Of a stretch of 42,195 nucleotides of DNA, positions 1 through 8,427 are shown in pieces (the first letter of the stretch is position 1; each line of letters starts with the position of its first letter). Source of the DNA: Thermoanaerobaculia bacterium (GTDB lineage: Bacteria > Acidobacteriota > Thermoanaerobaculia > Multivoradales > UBA5704); NCBI GenBank assembly GCA_036560825.1, contig DATBQN010000004.1, forward strand, positions 1 through 42,195. Direction: 5' to 3'. The notes beneath the pieces are model-generated. The model made no database searches. It had not been told where the DNA came from and saw only the letters and a list, made by a program, of their open reading frames with translations. A program made the translations under genes and the position numbers.

Positions 1-510
1 GTCTCGGGAGAGCGTACCTGGGAGCGTTCCAGAGCATTCGCGGCTGGCGGCGGCGGGAGGGAAGACCGCCGGAGAGGCTTCGAGCCATGAGCTGCCGGTC
101 GCCAATTCCCTTGCGGCGGAGAGTGGCACGCCGAGCGTGGCGCAGCGGCGCCTCGAAGGTGCCGTCGATCTGGGTGCGCCGCAAACCGCGCCTCCGGGAT
201 TGGCCGTTGCCGAGGAGAGTGCCGCCGTCCAGAATCGTGCGGCAGCGCTTCCGACTCCGCTCTCGCCGGAGCGGGTGAGCGAGCCTGGGCTGGTCCCTGC
301 AAGAGAGGGACCGACGGAGCCGCTGCGGGCTACGCCGGTTTCCTTGCCGGAGAGCTCGCTCGCTGCACCCGTGCTTCGGCATGGAGAGAGGCTGGAATCT
401 GGCCCAAGGCTGACGCTGACTGCGAGCCCATCCGGGCCGGGAGGGGCGGTTCCCGGCACGGTGCAGCGGCTCCCCGAGCCCACGGGCGTCGCCGGAGCGA
501 CGCCTCCTGC
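1..510 (+). repeat. Repeat module X, copy 1 (truncated by window edge)
   Basis: Starts gtctcgggagagcg...; encodes ...SVAQRRLEGAVDLGAP...LPTPLSPERVSEPGLVPAREGPTEPL...GAVPGTVQRLPEPTG. Confidence 0.85.
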
Positions 511-3500
511 GTCGTCTGTGATGGCTGGCGCTGGAGAGAGCGCGGCGTCTCCGGCGGGCTCGGGCGCTCAAGAGCTCGCTCGAAACGCTGCGGGCATGAC
601 ACCGGACTTCAGGTACGAAGCGTCGGTGATCGATCCAGGTTCGCTTCCTTCGGATCAGGTCGATGTGCCGAGACTGGTCTCCGAGGGAGAAGGGGCGAAG
701 GGATCGCAGCGAGAAGGGCCGGCTCTGTCGCAGGAGAGCGCGCCTGCGAGCGCTCCAAAGCGTTCACGTTTGGCCCCGGTGGGAGTGGAGGTCGCCGGAG
801 ATGCTGCGAGCCATGCCAAAGAGGTAGTGCCGGACGTGGCGCGCCGCCCCGAAGACGCCGTCGTCGGTCCTGGTGCATCGCAGGCTTCGCCTCCTGCGTT
901 CTCTGCTACCGAAGTGGGTGCCGTCGCGACGAAGCGCGCGGCAGCCGGAGCGACGCCTCCTGCGTCGTCTGCGATGGCTGGCGCTGGAGAGGATGCGGCG
1001 TCACCGGCGAGCTCTCGATCGATCCGCGCGTCCATCGTTTCCGAAGCCTCTGCAAAGCCCGTCGGAAGAGAGCTACCGGAGGCTCCTCTCGCGCCAGATT
1101 ACGGGTCTTTCGAGCGAGAGCCGCTCGCCTCGGTCGCTCGAGAGCTCGCTCGAAACGCGGCGGGCGTGCCGCCGGACGCCGGATACGAAGCGTCGGTGAT
1201 CGATCCGGGTCCGCTCTCGGTGGAGCGGGTCGGCGGGCCAGGGCTGGTCTCCGAGGGAGAAGGAGCGAAGGGACCGCGGCGAGAGGGGCCGGCTTCGTCT
1301 CGGGAGAGCGCACCTGCGAGCGTTCCAGAGCGTTCGCGGCTGGCAGCGGTGGGAGGGGAGACCGCCGGAGAGGCTTCGAGACATGAACTGCCGACCGCCA
1401 ATCCCGTCGCGGCGGAAAGCGGCGCGTCGAGCGTGGCGCAGCGGCGCCCCGAAGGTGCCGTCGATCTGGGTGCACCGCATTCCGCGCCTCCGGTATTGGC
1501 TGCTGCCGAGGAGAGTGCCGCGGTCCAGGGTCGCGCGGTAACTCTTCCGACTCCGCTCTCGCCGCGGCGGGTGAGCGAGCCTGGGCTGGTCCCCGCAAGA
1601 GAGGGTCCAACGGAGCCGCTGCCGGCCACGCCGGTTTCCTCGCCGGAGAGCTCGCTCGCTGCCCCCGTGCTTCCGCGCGGAGAGACGCTCGAACCTGTCC
1701 TGAGCTCCGCGGCGCTGGCCGCAGGGCCGTCCGCACCGAAAGGCGCCGTTCCCGGCAGGGTGCAGCAACTCTCCGAGCCAACGGGAGATGCCGGAGCGAC
1801 CCCACCCGGACCTGAGTCGACCACCGTTGGAGAGGCCGCGGCCTCTCCGGCGAGCTCTCGGTCGGTACCAGCATCCTCCCAGGAGACCGCGCCTGCAAGC
1901 GTTGCGAAGCGTTCAACGCTGGCAGCGGCGGGCGGGGAGACCGCCGGAGAGGCTTCGAGCGATGCGCTGCCGGCCGCCGATCCTGTCGCGGTGGAAGGCG
2001 GCGCGCTGAGCACGGCGCAGCGGCGCCCTGAAGGCGCCGTCGATTCGGGTGTGCCGCAGGCCGCGCCTCCGGTGTCGGCTGCTGCCGAGGAGAGTGAGGT
2101 CGTCCAGGGTCGCGCGGCAGCTCTTCCGACTCCGCTCTCGCCGGGGCGGGTGAGCGAGCCCGGGTTGGTCCCTGCAGGAGCGGATTCGACGGAGTTGCTG
2201 CGGGCCACGCCGGCTTCCTTGCCCGAGAGCTCGCTCGCTGCCCCCGCGCTTCCACGCGGAGAGAGACTGAAATCTGGCCCGAGGAAGAAGACGCCGACCG
2301 CGAGTCCGTTCGGACCGGAAGGTGCGGTTCCCGGCACGATGCAGCGGCTCCCCGAGTCCACGGCCGACGCCGTAGCGACGCCACCTGTGTCGTCTGCGCT
2401 CACCACGAACGTTCAAGAGCTCGCCGTTGCGGGCGCGCCAGACGCCGAGCGCGAACCGTCGGTAGTCGATCCAGGTGCGCCGCAGGCCGCGCCTCCGGTG
2501 TTGGCTGCTGCCGGGGAGGGTGCCGCCGTCCAGACTCCCGCTGCCGCTCTTCCGACTCTGCTCTCGCCGGAACAGGTGAGCGATTTCGGCAGGATCTCTG
2601 AAAGAGAGGAGCTGGCGGAGCCGCCGCGGGTCGCGCCCGTACCCTCTCAGCAGAGGGCGCCCCTCCCGGCGCCTGTCCGCTCGCGTGGAAAGACGCCGGA
2701 GCCCGGCCCGAGCGATGCGCGGTCGGCCGCGAGCGCGCCCGCGCCGGACAGGGTCGTCCCCGATACCGTGCAGCGCCTCGCCGAGCGCGGCGTCGGCGCG
2801 CTGCAAGCCGCCGAGGCGAGCGCCGCGCCGCCGGGAGCGCCTGCAGAGCAATCCCCCGCGGCTTCCACGGCGGCAGGGCGCCGCGGCGGGCCCGAGACCG
2901 AGCGCTGGTCAGGCGACGCCTCGCCGGGCAGCGCCGACCTGGAATCTCCGGCCCGCGGTCGCGCTCTCCCGGGCGATGCCGCGCCGGACCGGGCGGCGCT
3001 CGTCAAGCGCCCTTCGAGGCCCCCGCTGCCCCCACCCCCGGCGCCGCATCGTGCCGCCGCCCTCACCGTGAAGGGGCCCGCGGCCGCTCTCGCTCCTCTG
3101 CGCAGCCACCCGGAGATGGCGAGCGCTCCGCTCGCCGGTGCGGCGATGCCGCCGGCCGCGGCTCCGGCGGCGGCCCCGCTCGGCGGTCCGCCGGAGAACG
3201 CCCTGCCGGCGCCGGCCGTCCCCGCCGCGCGGCAGAGCACCTCGCCGAGCGCGCTCCCTCCGGCACGCCGGCTCGCCGAGCCGGCTCGGATCCTCCCTTC
3301 GGCGCCTCCGCCCGCTGCCATCCCCGGCGAAGCCGCCGCAGATGCCGCCGCTGCCGAGCGGGAGCTCCTCGCCTATGCGGACCGCGCCATCCTCGGCCTG
3401 GCGTCGCCCCCCGCCTCCGCGTCGTTGCGGCACCAAGCGGTCCGCAACGTCGCGGCGACCGCGGACGAGGAGAGCGCGCCGACGTTCGAGATCACCATCG

Positions 3501-3613
3501 GCCAGCTCGAGATCGTGGCGCCGCCTCCCAGTGCCAAGCGGCCGCCGCGGCGGCCGGCGCCGCGGCTCTCCCTCCAGGACTATCTCGACAGCCGGAGGGT
3601 CGGCCGACGATGA
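2..3613 (+). CDS. 5-prime-truncated Pro/Ala/Ser/Glu-rich modular repeat protein, function unknown; by position a candidate tape-measure, inner-tube or scaffold protein of the CIS
   Basis: This frame is open from the window edge (codons from position 2) to TGA 3611-3613. The ORF-track start at 137 is only the first in-frame GTG. The stop overlaps the next start (ATGA at 3610-3613). The non-repetitive C-terminus (..APTFEITIGQLEIVAPPP..LSLQDYLDSRR) uses mostly G/C-ending codons. A 3.6-kb open frame is unlikely by chance even at this GC. Confidence 0.6.
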   Translation, partial: SRESVPGSVPEHSRLAAAGGKTAGEASSHELPVANSLAAESGTPSVAQRRLEGAVDLGAPQTAPPGLAVAEESAAVQNRAAALPTPLSPERVSEPGLVPAREGPTEPLRATPVSLPESSLAAPVLRHGERLESGPRLTLTASPSGPGGAVPGTVQRLPEPTGVAGATPPASSVMAGAGESAASPAGSGAQELARNAAGMTPDFRYEASVIDPGSLPSDQVDVPRLVSEGEGAKGSQREGPALSQESAPASAPKRSRLAPVGVEVAGDAASHAKEVVPDVARRPEDAVVGPGASQASPPAFSATEVGAVATKRAAAGATPPASSAMAGAGEDAASPASSRSIRASIVSEASAKPVGRELPEAPLAPDYGSFEREPLASVARELARNAAGVPPDAGYEASVIDPGPLSVERVGGPGLVSEGEGAKGPRREGPASSRESAPASVPERSRLAAVGGETAGEASRHELPTANPVAAESGASSVAQRRPEGAVDLGAPHSAPPVLAAAEESAAVQGRAVTLPTPLSPRRVSEPGLVPAREGPTEPLPATPVSSPESSLAAPVLPRGETLEPVLSSAALAAGPSAPKGAVPGRVQQLSEPTGDAGATPPGPESTTVGEAAASPASSRSVPASSQETAPASVAKRSTLAAAGGETAGEASSDALPAADPVAVEGGALSTAQRRPEGAVDSGVPQAAPPVSAAAEESEVVQGRAAALPTPLSPGRVSEPGLVPAGADSTELLRATPASLPESSLAAPALPRGERLKSGPRKKTPTASPFGPEGAVPGTMQRLPESTADAVATPPVSSALTTNVQELAVAGAPDAEREPSVVDPGAPQAAPPVLAAAGEGAAVQTPAAALPTLLSPEQVSDFGRISEREELAEPPRVAPVPSQQRAPLPAPVRSRGKTPEPGPSDARSAASAPAPDRVVPDTVQRLAERGVGALQAAEASAAPPGAPAEQSPAASTAAGRRGGPETERWSGDASPGSADLESPARGRALPGDAAPDRAALVKRPSRPPLPPPPAPHRAAALTVKGPAAALAPLRSHPEMASAPLAGAAMPPAAAPAAAPLGGPPENALPAPAVPAARQSTSPSALPPARRLAEPARILPSAPPPAAIPGEAAADAAAAERELLAYADRAILGLASPPASASLRHQAVRNVAATADEESAPTFEITIGQLEIVAPPPSAKRPPRRPAPRLSLQDYLDSRRVGRR
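491..724 (+). repeat. Repeat module Y, copy 1
   Basis: The 47-nt stretch gccggagcgacgcctcctgcgtcgtctgtgatggctggcgctggagag recurs at 944 with one mismatch. Shared peptides include ELARNAAG..YEASVIDPG..LVSEGEGAKG..REGPA. Confidence 0.8.
944..1296 (+). repeat. Repeat module Y, copy 2 (about 120 nt inserted relative to copy 1)
   Basis: Same strings as Y copy 1; runs directly into X copy 2 at 1297. Confidence 0.8.
1297..1806 (+). repeat. Repeat module X, copy 2
   Basis: gtctcgggagagcgcacctgcgagcgttccagagcgttcgcgg... aligns base-for-base with window position 1 onward. Confidence 0.85.
1876..2390 (+). repeat. Repeat module X, copy 3 (more diverged)
   Basis: Encodes ...STAQRRPEGAVDSGVPQAAPP...LPTPLSPGRVSEPGLVPAG...GAVPGTMQRLPESTA, collinear with copies 1 and 2. 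Confidence 0.75.
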
Positions 3614-4917
3614 GCGATTACCGCGCCATCGCCGCGGTCACCCAGACCCTCGAGAACCTGCTGTTGGAGGCGATCCGCGAGGCGGTGCCGGGCGCCACGG
3701 TGAAGACCGGGCCGCCGCAGGTCCGCGCGCCGGAGGAGGTGGGAGAGGGGCTGATCAACATCTTCCTCTTCAAGGTCGAGCCCAACAAGGTCTGGCGCAA
3801 CGAGGAGCTGCCGGTGCGGGCGGCCGACGGCGCCCTCGTCCGCCAGCCCATGCTCGCCCTGGACCTCCATTACCTGCTCTCGTTCTATGGCGAGGAGCGG
3901 CGCAAGATTCCGTACCTCCTGCTCGGCCTCGCCATGTCGGCGCTCCATGCGGAGCCGTACCCGGGCATCCACCACATGCCACGCGAAGCCGCGGGCGCCG
4001 TGCCGGGAGAGGCGGCCGACAGCAACCTCGCCGCCTCCGTGCTGGCGGGCTCGGGCCTCGAGCAACAGGCGCATCCGCTCTCCTTCACCCTGCTGCCGCT
4101 CGACCACGACGAGCTCGTGCCGCTCTTCTCGCAGATCCCCTTCGTGATGTCGGTCGCCTACCGCGCCTCGATGCTCGCCATCGAGCCGCTGGGCGTGCCG
4201 CGGCCGGCGCTGCCGGTGCGGCGAGCGGACCTCTACCTGAGCGACGCCCGGCGCCCGGTGCTCGCCGCCGTCGAGCCGCAGCTCCTGCCCTATGAAGCCG
4301 CGGCCCGCCTAACCCTGCGCGGCGAGGCCCTCGCCTCGCCGTCGGCGCGGGTGTTGTTCGGAGACCTGGAGTCCCTGCCGGCGGCGGAGCCGGGCGGCTC
4401 GCTCAGCGTCTCCCTGCCGGTGGGGATCCAGGCGGGGACTCACCTGGTGCGGGTGGCCCACAGCGCGGCGGCGACCGGACCCTCGGCCCGCCGCTTCGCC
4501 CTGGAGTCCAACCCGGTCGCCCTGGTGCTCGAGCCGGTGGTGCGCGAGGCCGTCCAGATCGCCAACCCGAGCCGGCCGCTAGCGGCCGCCGAAACCCCTG
4601 GTGCCGGCGCGCCGGCACGACCGCCGGTGACCCTGCAGGTGAGCTTCGCCCCGGCCGTCCAGGCGAGCACCGCGTTGACGCTCCTCCTCAACGAACGGCT
4701 GCCTGGCAGCGGCAGGCAGCCGCGGTCCTATGCCCTGCAGGGCACGGCCGACCCGCGGTCTCCCGACTCGGTAGCCGTCGAGGCGGAGATCGAGCCCGGC
4801 AGCTACCTCGTGCGGATACAGATCCACGGCGTCACCAGCCGGCTGCGCGTCGACGCCGATCCCGCGAGCCCCACGTTCAACCGCTACGACGGCCCGCGGG
4901 TGGAGATCGTCGGATGA
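3610..4917 (+). CDS. DUF4255 / Pvc16-N-type protein (Afp16/Pvc16-like tail terminator/cap protein) with a C-terminal extension
   Basis: The N-terminus MSDYRAIAAVTQTLENLLLEAI...INIFLFKVEPN...LALDLHYLLSFYG matches my memory of the DUF4255 signature. G/C-ending codons dominate (2 of the first 60 codons end in A/T). ATGA overlap with the upstream gene. Confidence 0.8.
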   Translation: MSDYRAIAAVTQTLENLLLEAIREAVPGATVKTGPPQVRAPEEVGEGLINIFLFKVEPNKVWRNEELPVRAADGALVRQPMLALDLHYLLSFYGEERRKIPYLLLGLAMSALHAEPYPGIHHMPREAAGAVPGEAADSNLAASVLAGSGLEQQAHPLSFTLLPLDHDELVPLFSQIPFVMSVAYRASMLAIEPLGVPRPALPVRRADLYLSDARRPVLAAVEPQLLPYEAAARLTLRGEALASPSARVLFGDLESLPAAEPGGSLSVSLPVGIQAGTHLVRVAHSAAATGPSARRFALESNPVALVLEPVVREAVQIANPSRPLAAAETPGAGAPARPPVTLQVSFAPAVQASTALTLLLNERLPGSGRQPRSYALQGTADPRSPDSVAVEAEIEPGSYLVRIQIHGVTSRLRVDADPASPTFNRYDGPRVEIVG

Positions 4918-5168
4918 GGATCGCCATCCATATCTCCAACCTTCGCCTCGAGCGGGTGGAGGCGATGACCGGCGAGGAGCTGGCGGCCCTCGTCGAGGCG
5001 GAGCTCCAGCGCCTGGTGGAGGTCTGGGGCGTGCCGCCGGCGCTCCGGCAGGGCGGCGCGCTGCAGCTCGACAGCCAGGCGATCGAGGTCGCCCCGGGCG
5101 CGTCGCGGGAGCAGGTGGGGACGGCGGTCGCCCGCCACCTGGCGACGAGCTGGTTCGGAACGGTATGA
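4914..5168 (+). CDS. Small conserved-looking hypothetical protein (84 aa), CIS-locus associated
   Basis: ATGA start/stop overlap with the DUF4255 gene. High GC3. N-terminus MRIAIHISNLRLERVEAMTGEELAALVEAEL resembles small proteins I recall from DUF4255/DUF4157 loci. Confidence 0.55.
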   Translation: MRIAIHISNLRLERVEAMTGEELAALVEAELQRLVEVWGVPPALRQGGALQLDSQAIEVAPGASREQVGTAVARHLATSWFGTV

Positions 5169-5223
5169 CGATGTTTTCTCTACGGGATGGCGCCGCCCCG
5201 AACGGCGCGGGAGATCGGCCCGC

Positions 5224-5895
5224 ATGTCTGAAACCCTGATCCAGCCGCCCCTCACCCCCAACCAGCCGCAGCCCCCGTGGACGCCGCTCAAGGTGCTCAA
5301 GGGCGCGGTCGTCGCCATCAGCCGCACCAACGCGCAGCAGAAGACGGTGGTGGCCTTCCAGTACAACCCGGTGACCCTGACGCGCAACCTCTCGCCGGTC
5401 CTCGTCACCGAGGGGGCCGGCGGCAGCTCGGTGCGCTTCAACGCCACGGCCAAGCAGACGATCGACGTCACCATCACGCTCGACGCCACCGACGACGGCG
5501 GGCCGCAGGGCAACGGCATCCTGCCGCAGCTCGCCATGCTCGAGCTGCTGATCAATCCGTCCAGCGCCGCGCTCAACCAGTACTGGACGTCGACGCAGGG
5601 GGCGAGCATCGAGGTCCTGCCTCCGCTGGCGCCGCGGACCCTCTTCGTCTGGGGGCCCAACCGGGTCCTGCCGGTGAAGCTCACCACTATCAACGTGACG
5701 GAGAAGGAGTTCAACACCAATCTCAACCCGATCTTCGCCGAGGTCAAGCTGGGGATGGAGGTCTACCCCTACAACGAGGCGGGGCAACCGGAGTACAGTT
5801 ACCTGCTCACCAACTTGCAGAAGCTGGAGACGATGAGCGCTCTCGTGCCGACCACCGGCGTCACCATCGGCGTCGATCCCTCGGGGCTCACCTAG
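5224..5895 (+). CDS. CIS tube-family protein, tube-initiator-like (Afp7/Pvc7 tube-domain equivalent)
   Basis: VVAFQYNPVTLTRNLSP...TIDVTITLDATD...LFVWGPNRVLPVKLTTINVTEKEFNTNLNPIFAEVKLGMEV fits the F-x-F/Y-N-P...beta-sandwich pattern of CIS tube/initiator proteins. GGGAG lies about 10 nt upstream of the ATG. Confidence 0.65.
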   Translation: MSETLIQPPLTPNQPQPPWTPLKVLKGAVVAISRTNAQQKTVVAFQYNPVTLTRNLSPVLVTEGAGGSSVRFNATAKQTIDVTITLDATDDGGPQGNGILPQLAMLELLINPSSAALNQYWTSTQGASIEVLPPLAPRTLFVWGPNRVLPVKLTTINVTEKEFNTNLNPIFAEVKLGMEVYPYNEAGQPEYSYLLTNLQKLETMSALVPTTGVTIGVDPSGLT

Positions 5896-5928
5896 AGAGC
5901 GCGCAGCGCAACGGAGGTCCTCATTCCC

Positions 5929-6210
5929 ATGTTCACCAAGACGAGCCGCTATTACGCCATCCCGGACCGCGCCTGGTGCGACCCGAACGGGCGCCGGGTG
6001 GCCTACAAGGGCATCCGGCTGATCGCCCGCCGGCAGAGGCCGGCGTCGGCGGTGACGGTGGTCGACCCGAACGAGCGCCTCGACCTGGTCGCGGCCCGCA
6101 CCCTGGGGCGGGCGGAGCTGGCGTGGAAGCTGTGCGACGCCAACCAAGCGCTCGACCCGTTCGACCTCGTGGAGGCCGCCGGCCGGGTCCTGTGGATCCC
6201 GGAGGCCTAG
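5929..6210 (+). CDS. LysM-like / P2 gpX-like tail protein (93 aa)
   Basis: C-terminal ERLDLVAARTLGRAELAWKLCDANQALDPFDLVEAAGRVLWIP has LysM/gpX-like topology. GGAGG RBS at 5913-5917. Confidence 0.55.
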   Translation: MFTKTSRYYAIPDRAWCDPNGRRVAYKGIRLIARRQRPASAVTVVDPNERLDLVAARTLGRAELAWKLCDANQALDPFDLVEAAGRVLWIPEA

Positions 6211-6213
6211 GGG

Positions 6214-7440
6214 TTGGGCGACGATCTCCAGGGCCTCGCCTTGAGCCTCAAGCTGGGCTCGCCGCAGACCGCGGACGCTCCGGCGGACCTGATGCAGGCG
6301 CTGCGCACCGTCGAGGTCATCCAGGGCAGCCGGTGCCCGGCCGGGTTCCGCCTGTCGTTCGGCGCCGAGCGCTACCTCCCGGTCCAGGGGCAGGCGACCG
6401 ACTATCCGCTGCTCGCCGAGGCCCTGCTCAACCCCTTCGTCCGCGTCCAGGTGCTGGTGACGCCCGCCGGGGCCTCCGCCACCGTCCTCATCGACGGCTT
6501 CATCACGCGCCAGGAGGTGGCGATCGACGAGCAGGAGAGGACGACGCTCACCGTGATCGGCGAGGACGTGAGCGTCAAGATGGACCTCTTCGAGGTCTCC
6601 GCCGAGTACCAGAGCCTCACCGACTCGGCGATCGTCAGCCAGATCCTGCAGAAGTATTCGTCGCTCGGCATCACGGCGAGCGTCACGGCCCCCTCCGGCG
6701 AGTCGGCGCCGCAGACCTTCGTGCCGCAGCAGAATTCTACCGACCGCTACTACCTGCAGATGCTGGCCGCCCGGCACGCCTACCTGTTCTACATCCAGCC
6801 GGGATCGTCGGTCGGCCAGAACACCGCCTACTGGGGCCCTCCGGTCACCACCGGCGACCGGCAGACGGCGCTCACCGTGAACATGCGCGGCGCCAACAAC
6901 CTGCGCCGCGTCTCGCTCTCCTACGACGCCCTGGCGCCCACCCTGACCTACGGCCAGTCCCTGGACCTCTCGCAGACGCCGGCGGCCGCCACGACCATCG
7001 GCATCGGCAGCGCCGTGCAGGTCCCCGGGCTCGCCTCGACTGCCGCCATCGCCTCCTCGGCGAGCAGCCTGGCCCAGGACCCCACGAGCTTCACCTCTCA
7101 ACTTGCGACCCTCGCCGTGCGCGGCACGCTGCTGCTCCACCCGGGCCTCGCGCCCACCGACGCGCAGAGCGTCGGCCAGGCGAAGACCGACCGCTCGGTC
7201 CAGGAGGTGGTGGTGGTCGAGGGCGAGCTCGCCACCGAGGAGTACGGCGCCGTGCTCACCGCGCCGGGGCTCGTCGACCTGCGCGGCGTCGGGCAGCTCT
7301 ACGACGGCACCTACTTCGTCAAGCAGGTCACCCACCTCCTCGCCCAGGAAGAGCAGGCGTGGAGCTACGTCCAGAAGTTCGTCCTCACCCGCGAAGGCGT
7401 GGGATCGACGATCACCCAGGTCGCCGAGGTCAGCCCTTAG
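6214..7440 (+). CDS. Phage late control gene D (gpD) / VgrG N-terminal (gp27-like) hub protein
   Basis: GpD-like length and layout. C-terminal LYDGTYFVKQVTHLL...WSYVQKFVLTREG is typical of gpD/VgrG. TTG start at 6214, just after the upstream TAG (start uncertain). Confidence 0.7.
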   Translation: MGDDLQGLALSLKLGSPQTADAPADLMQALRTVEVIQGSRCPAGFRLSFGAERYLPVQGQATDYPLLAEALLNPFVRVQVLVTPAGASATVLIDGFITRQEVAIDEQERTTLTVIGEDVSVKMDLFEVSAEYQSLTDSAIVSQILQKYSSLGITASVTAPSGESAPQTFVPQQNSTDRYYLQMLAARHAYLFYIQPGSSVGQNTAYWGPPVTTGDRQTALTVNMRGANNLRRVSLSYDALAPTLTYGQSLDLSQTPAAATTIGIGSAVQVPGLASTAAIASSASSLAQDPTSFTSQLATLAVRGTLLLHPGLAPTDAQSVGQAKTDRSVQEVVVVEGELATEEYGAVLTAPGLVDLRGVGQLYDGTYFVKQVTHLLAQEEQAWSYVQKFVLTREGVGSTITQVAEVSP

Positions 7441-7482
7441 TGTCGCAGGGCTAGCGGCACCGCGGTCCATCCAGGAGACGAC

Positions 7483-8397
7483 ATGACGCCCAGAGACGCG
7501 CTCGACACCTTCAACGACCCCGCCCGCCGCAACGAGGGCCGCTACTTCGGCAAGTACCGGGGGCTGGTGAAGGACAACAAGGACCCCTCGGGCCTGGGCC
7601 GCATCCAGGCGACGGTGCCGGCCATCCCCGGAATGACGGTCAACTGGGCACTCCCCTGCGCCCCCTACGCCGGCAGCCAGGTCGGCTTCTACACCATGCC
7701 GCCGGTGGGAGCGAAGGTGTGGATCGAGTTCGAGGGCGGCGACCCAACCTTCCCCATCTGGAGCGGCTGCTTCTGGCAGGACCAGGAGGTCCCCACCGAG
7801 GTGGGCACTAACTCCGACGACCCGTCGCAGGTGAAGGTCTTCAAGACCCGCGTGCTGTCGCTCTTCGTCGACGACACCAACCAGAAGGGGCAGGTCAACT
7901 TGAAGTTCAACGACTCGACCGTCCAGGACTGCCCGACGATCACGGTGGTGCTCAACGCCACCGGGCTGGTGATCACCGTCCAGGGTCCCAACGGAACGAG
8001 CACGGTCACCATCACCCCCGACGGCATCCAGACCAGCAGTGGCACGCTCGCCACCAGCACCTCCAAGGACACCACGGTGAACGCCCAGGGGAAGATCGCG
8101 GCGACGGCAGGGGGCGACGTCACGATCGACGCCACCGGCAAGATCACCGCGACGGCGAAGGACGACGCCTCCCTGACCGGCAACAACTGCTCGCTCACCG
8201 CCAACAACAACCTGAGCGCCTCCGCCACCAACTCGGCGACCCTGGGCGGAGCGAGCGCCACGGTCCAGGCCTCGACGGGGTCGTTGACGCTCTCCGGCCA
8301 AGGCGGCGCCACGCTTTCGTCGCTCGCCTCGACCTCGGTGTCGGGCGCCAGCTCGCTGTCGCTCGGCGGGGCGTCGATCAGCTTCATGCCGGCTTAG
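7483..8397 (+). CDS. gpV / gp5-type OB-fold spike protein with a C-terminal beta-helix
   Basis: GKYRGLVKDNKDPSGLGRIQATVPAI...WALPCAPYAG...MPPVGAKVWIEFEGGDPTFPIWSGCFW is the classic Phage_base_V / VgrG OB-fold motif. The C-terminus is Thr/Ser/Ala/Gly repeats (ATAGGDVTIDATGKITATAKDDASLTG...). AGGAG RBS. Confidence 0.85.
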   Translation: MTPRDALDTFNDPARRNEGRYFGKYRGLVKDNKDPSGLGRIQATVPAIPGMTVNWALPCAPYAGSQVGFYTMPPVGAKVWIEFEGGDPTFPIWSGCFWQDQEVPTEVGTNSDDPSQVKVFKTRVLSLFVDDTNQKGQVNLKFNDSTVQDCPTITVVLNATGLVITVQGPNGTSTVTITPDGIQTSSGTLATSTSKDTTVNAQGKIAATAGGDVTIDATGKITATAKDDASLTGNNCSLTANNNLSASATNSATLGGASATVQASTGSLTLSGQGGATLSSLASTSVSGASSLSLGGASISFMPA

Positions 8398-8427
8398 AGG
8401 CCGGCGCGAGAGACGCGACGCGAGGAG

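Larger units (their letters stand above)
1..2600 (+). repeat. Nested array of long imperfect coding repeats (units about 0.55-0.75 kb, built from sub-modules X and Y) inside the first gene; the array runs off the 5-prime window edge
   Basis: Aligned by eye: 1-~510 is roughly 85-90% identical to 1297-~1806 and clearly related to ~1876-~2390. Degenerate partial copies lie at ~725-900 and ~2440-2590. Sub-module Y occurs at 491-724 and 944-1296. All copies keep the same reading frame. Confidence 0.85.

Noticed and set aside
87-278. Short ORFs in the frame that has the highest third-position GC within the repeat region (87-278, 873-1199, 1788-2009)
   Set aside because: That frame is repeatedly broken by stops. 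Its high GC3 is simply codon position 1 of the Ala/Pro/Gly/Glu/Val-rich long frame.
906-2406. Antisense ORFs 906-2384 and 1099-2406 as alternative coding frames for the repeat region
   Set aside because: Both are shorter than the 3.6-kb sense frame, which continues into a non-repetitive C-terminus and is translationally coupled to the next gene. This cannot be excluded by composition alone, because the 1099-2406 frame shares third codon positions with the sense frame.
1-2600. Possibility that the long repeats are a CRISPR array or a diversity-generating retroelement TR/VR pair
   Set aside because: The units are 0.5 kb or longer, contiguous and in-frame coding, with no short repeat/spacer periodicity. 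The differences between copies involve all four bases rather than adenine-specific changes, and no reverse transcriptase is present in the window.
5190-5208. Small hairpin gcgccg-N7-cggcgc between the 84-aa gene and the tube-initiator-like gene
   Set aside because: It has only a 6-bp stem in GC-rich DNA, which is expected by chance, and there is no U-tract.
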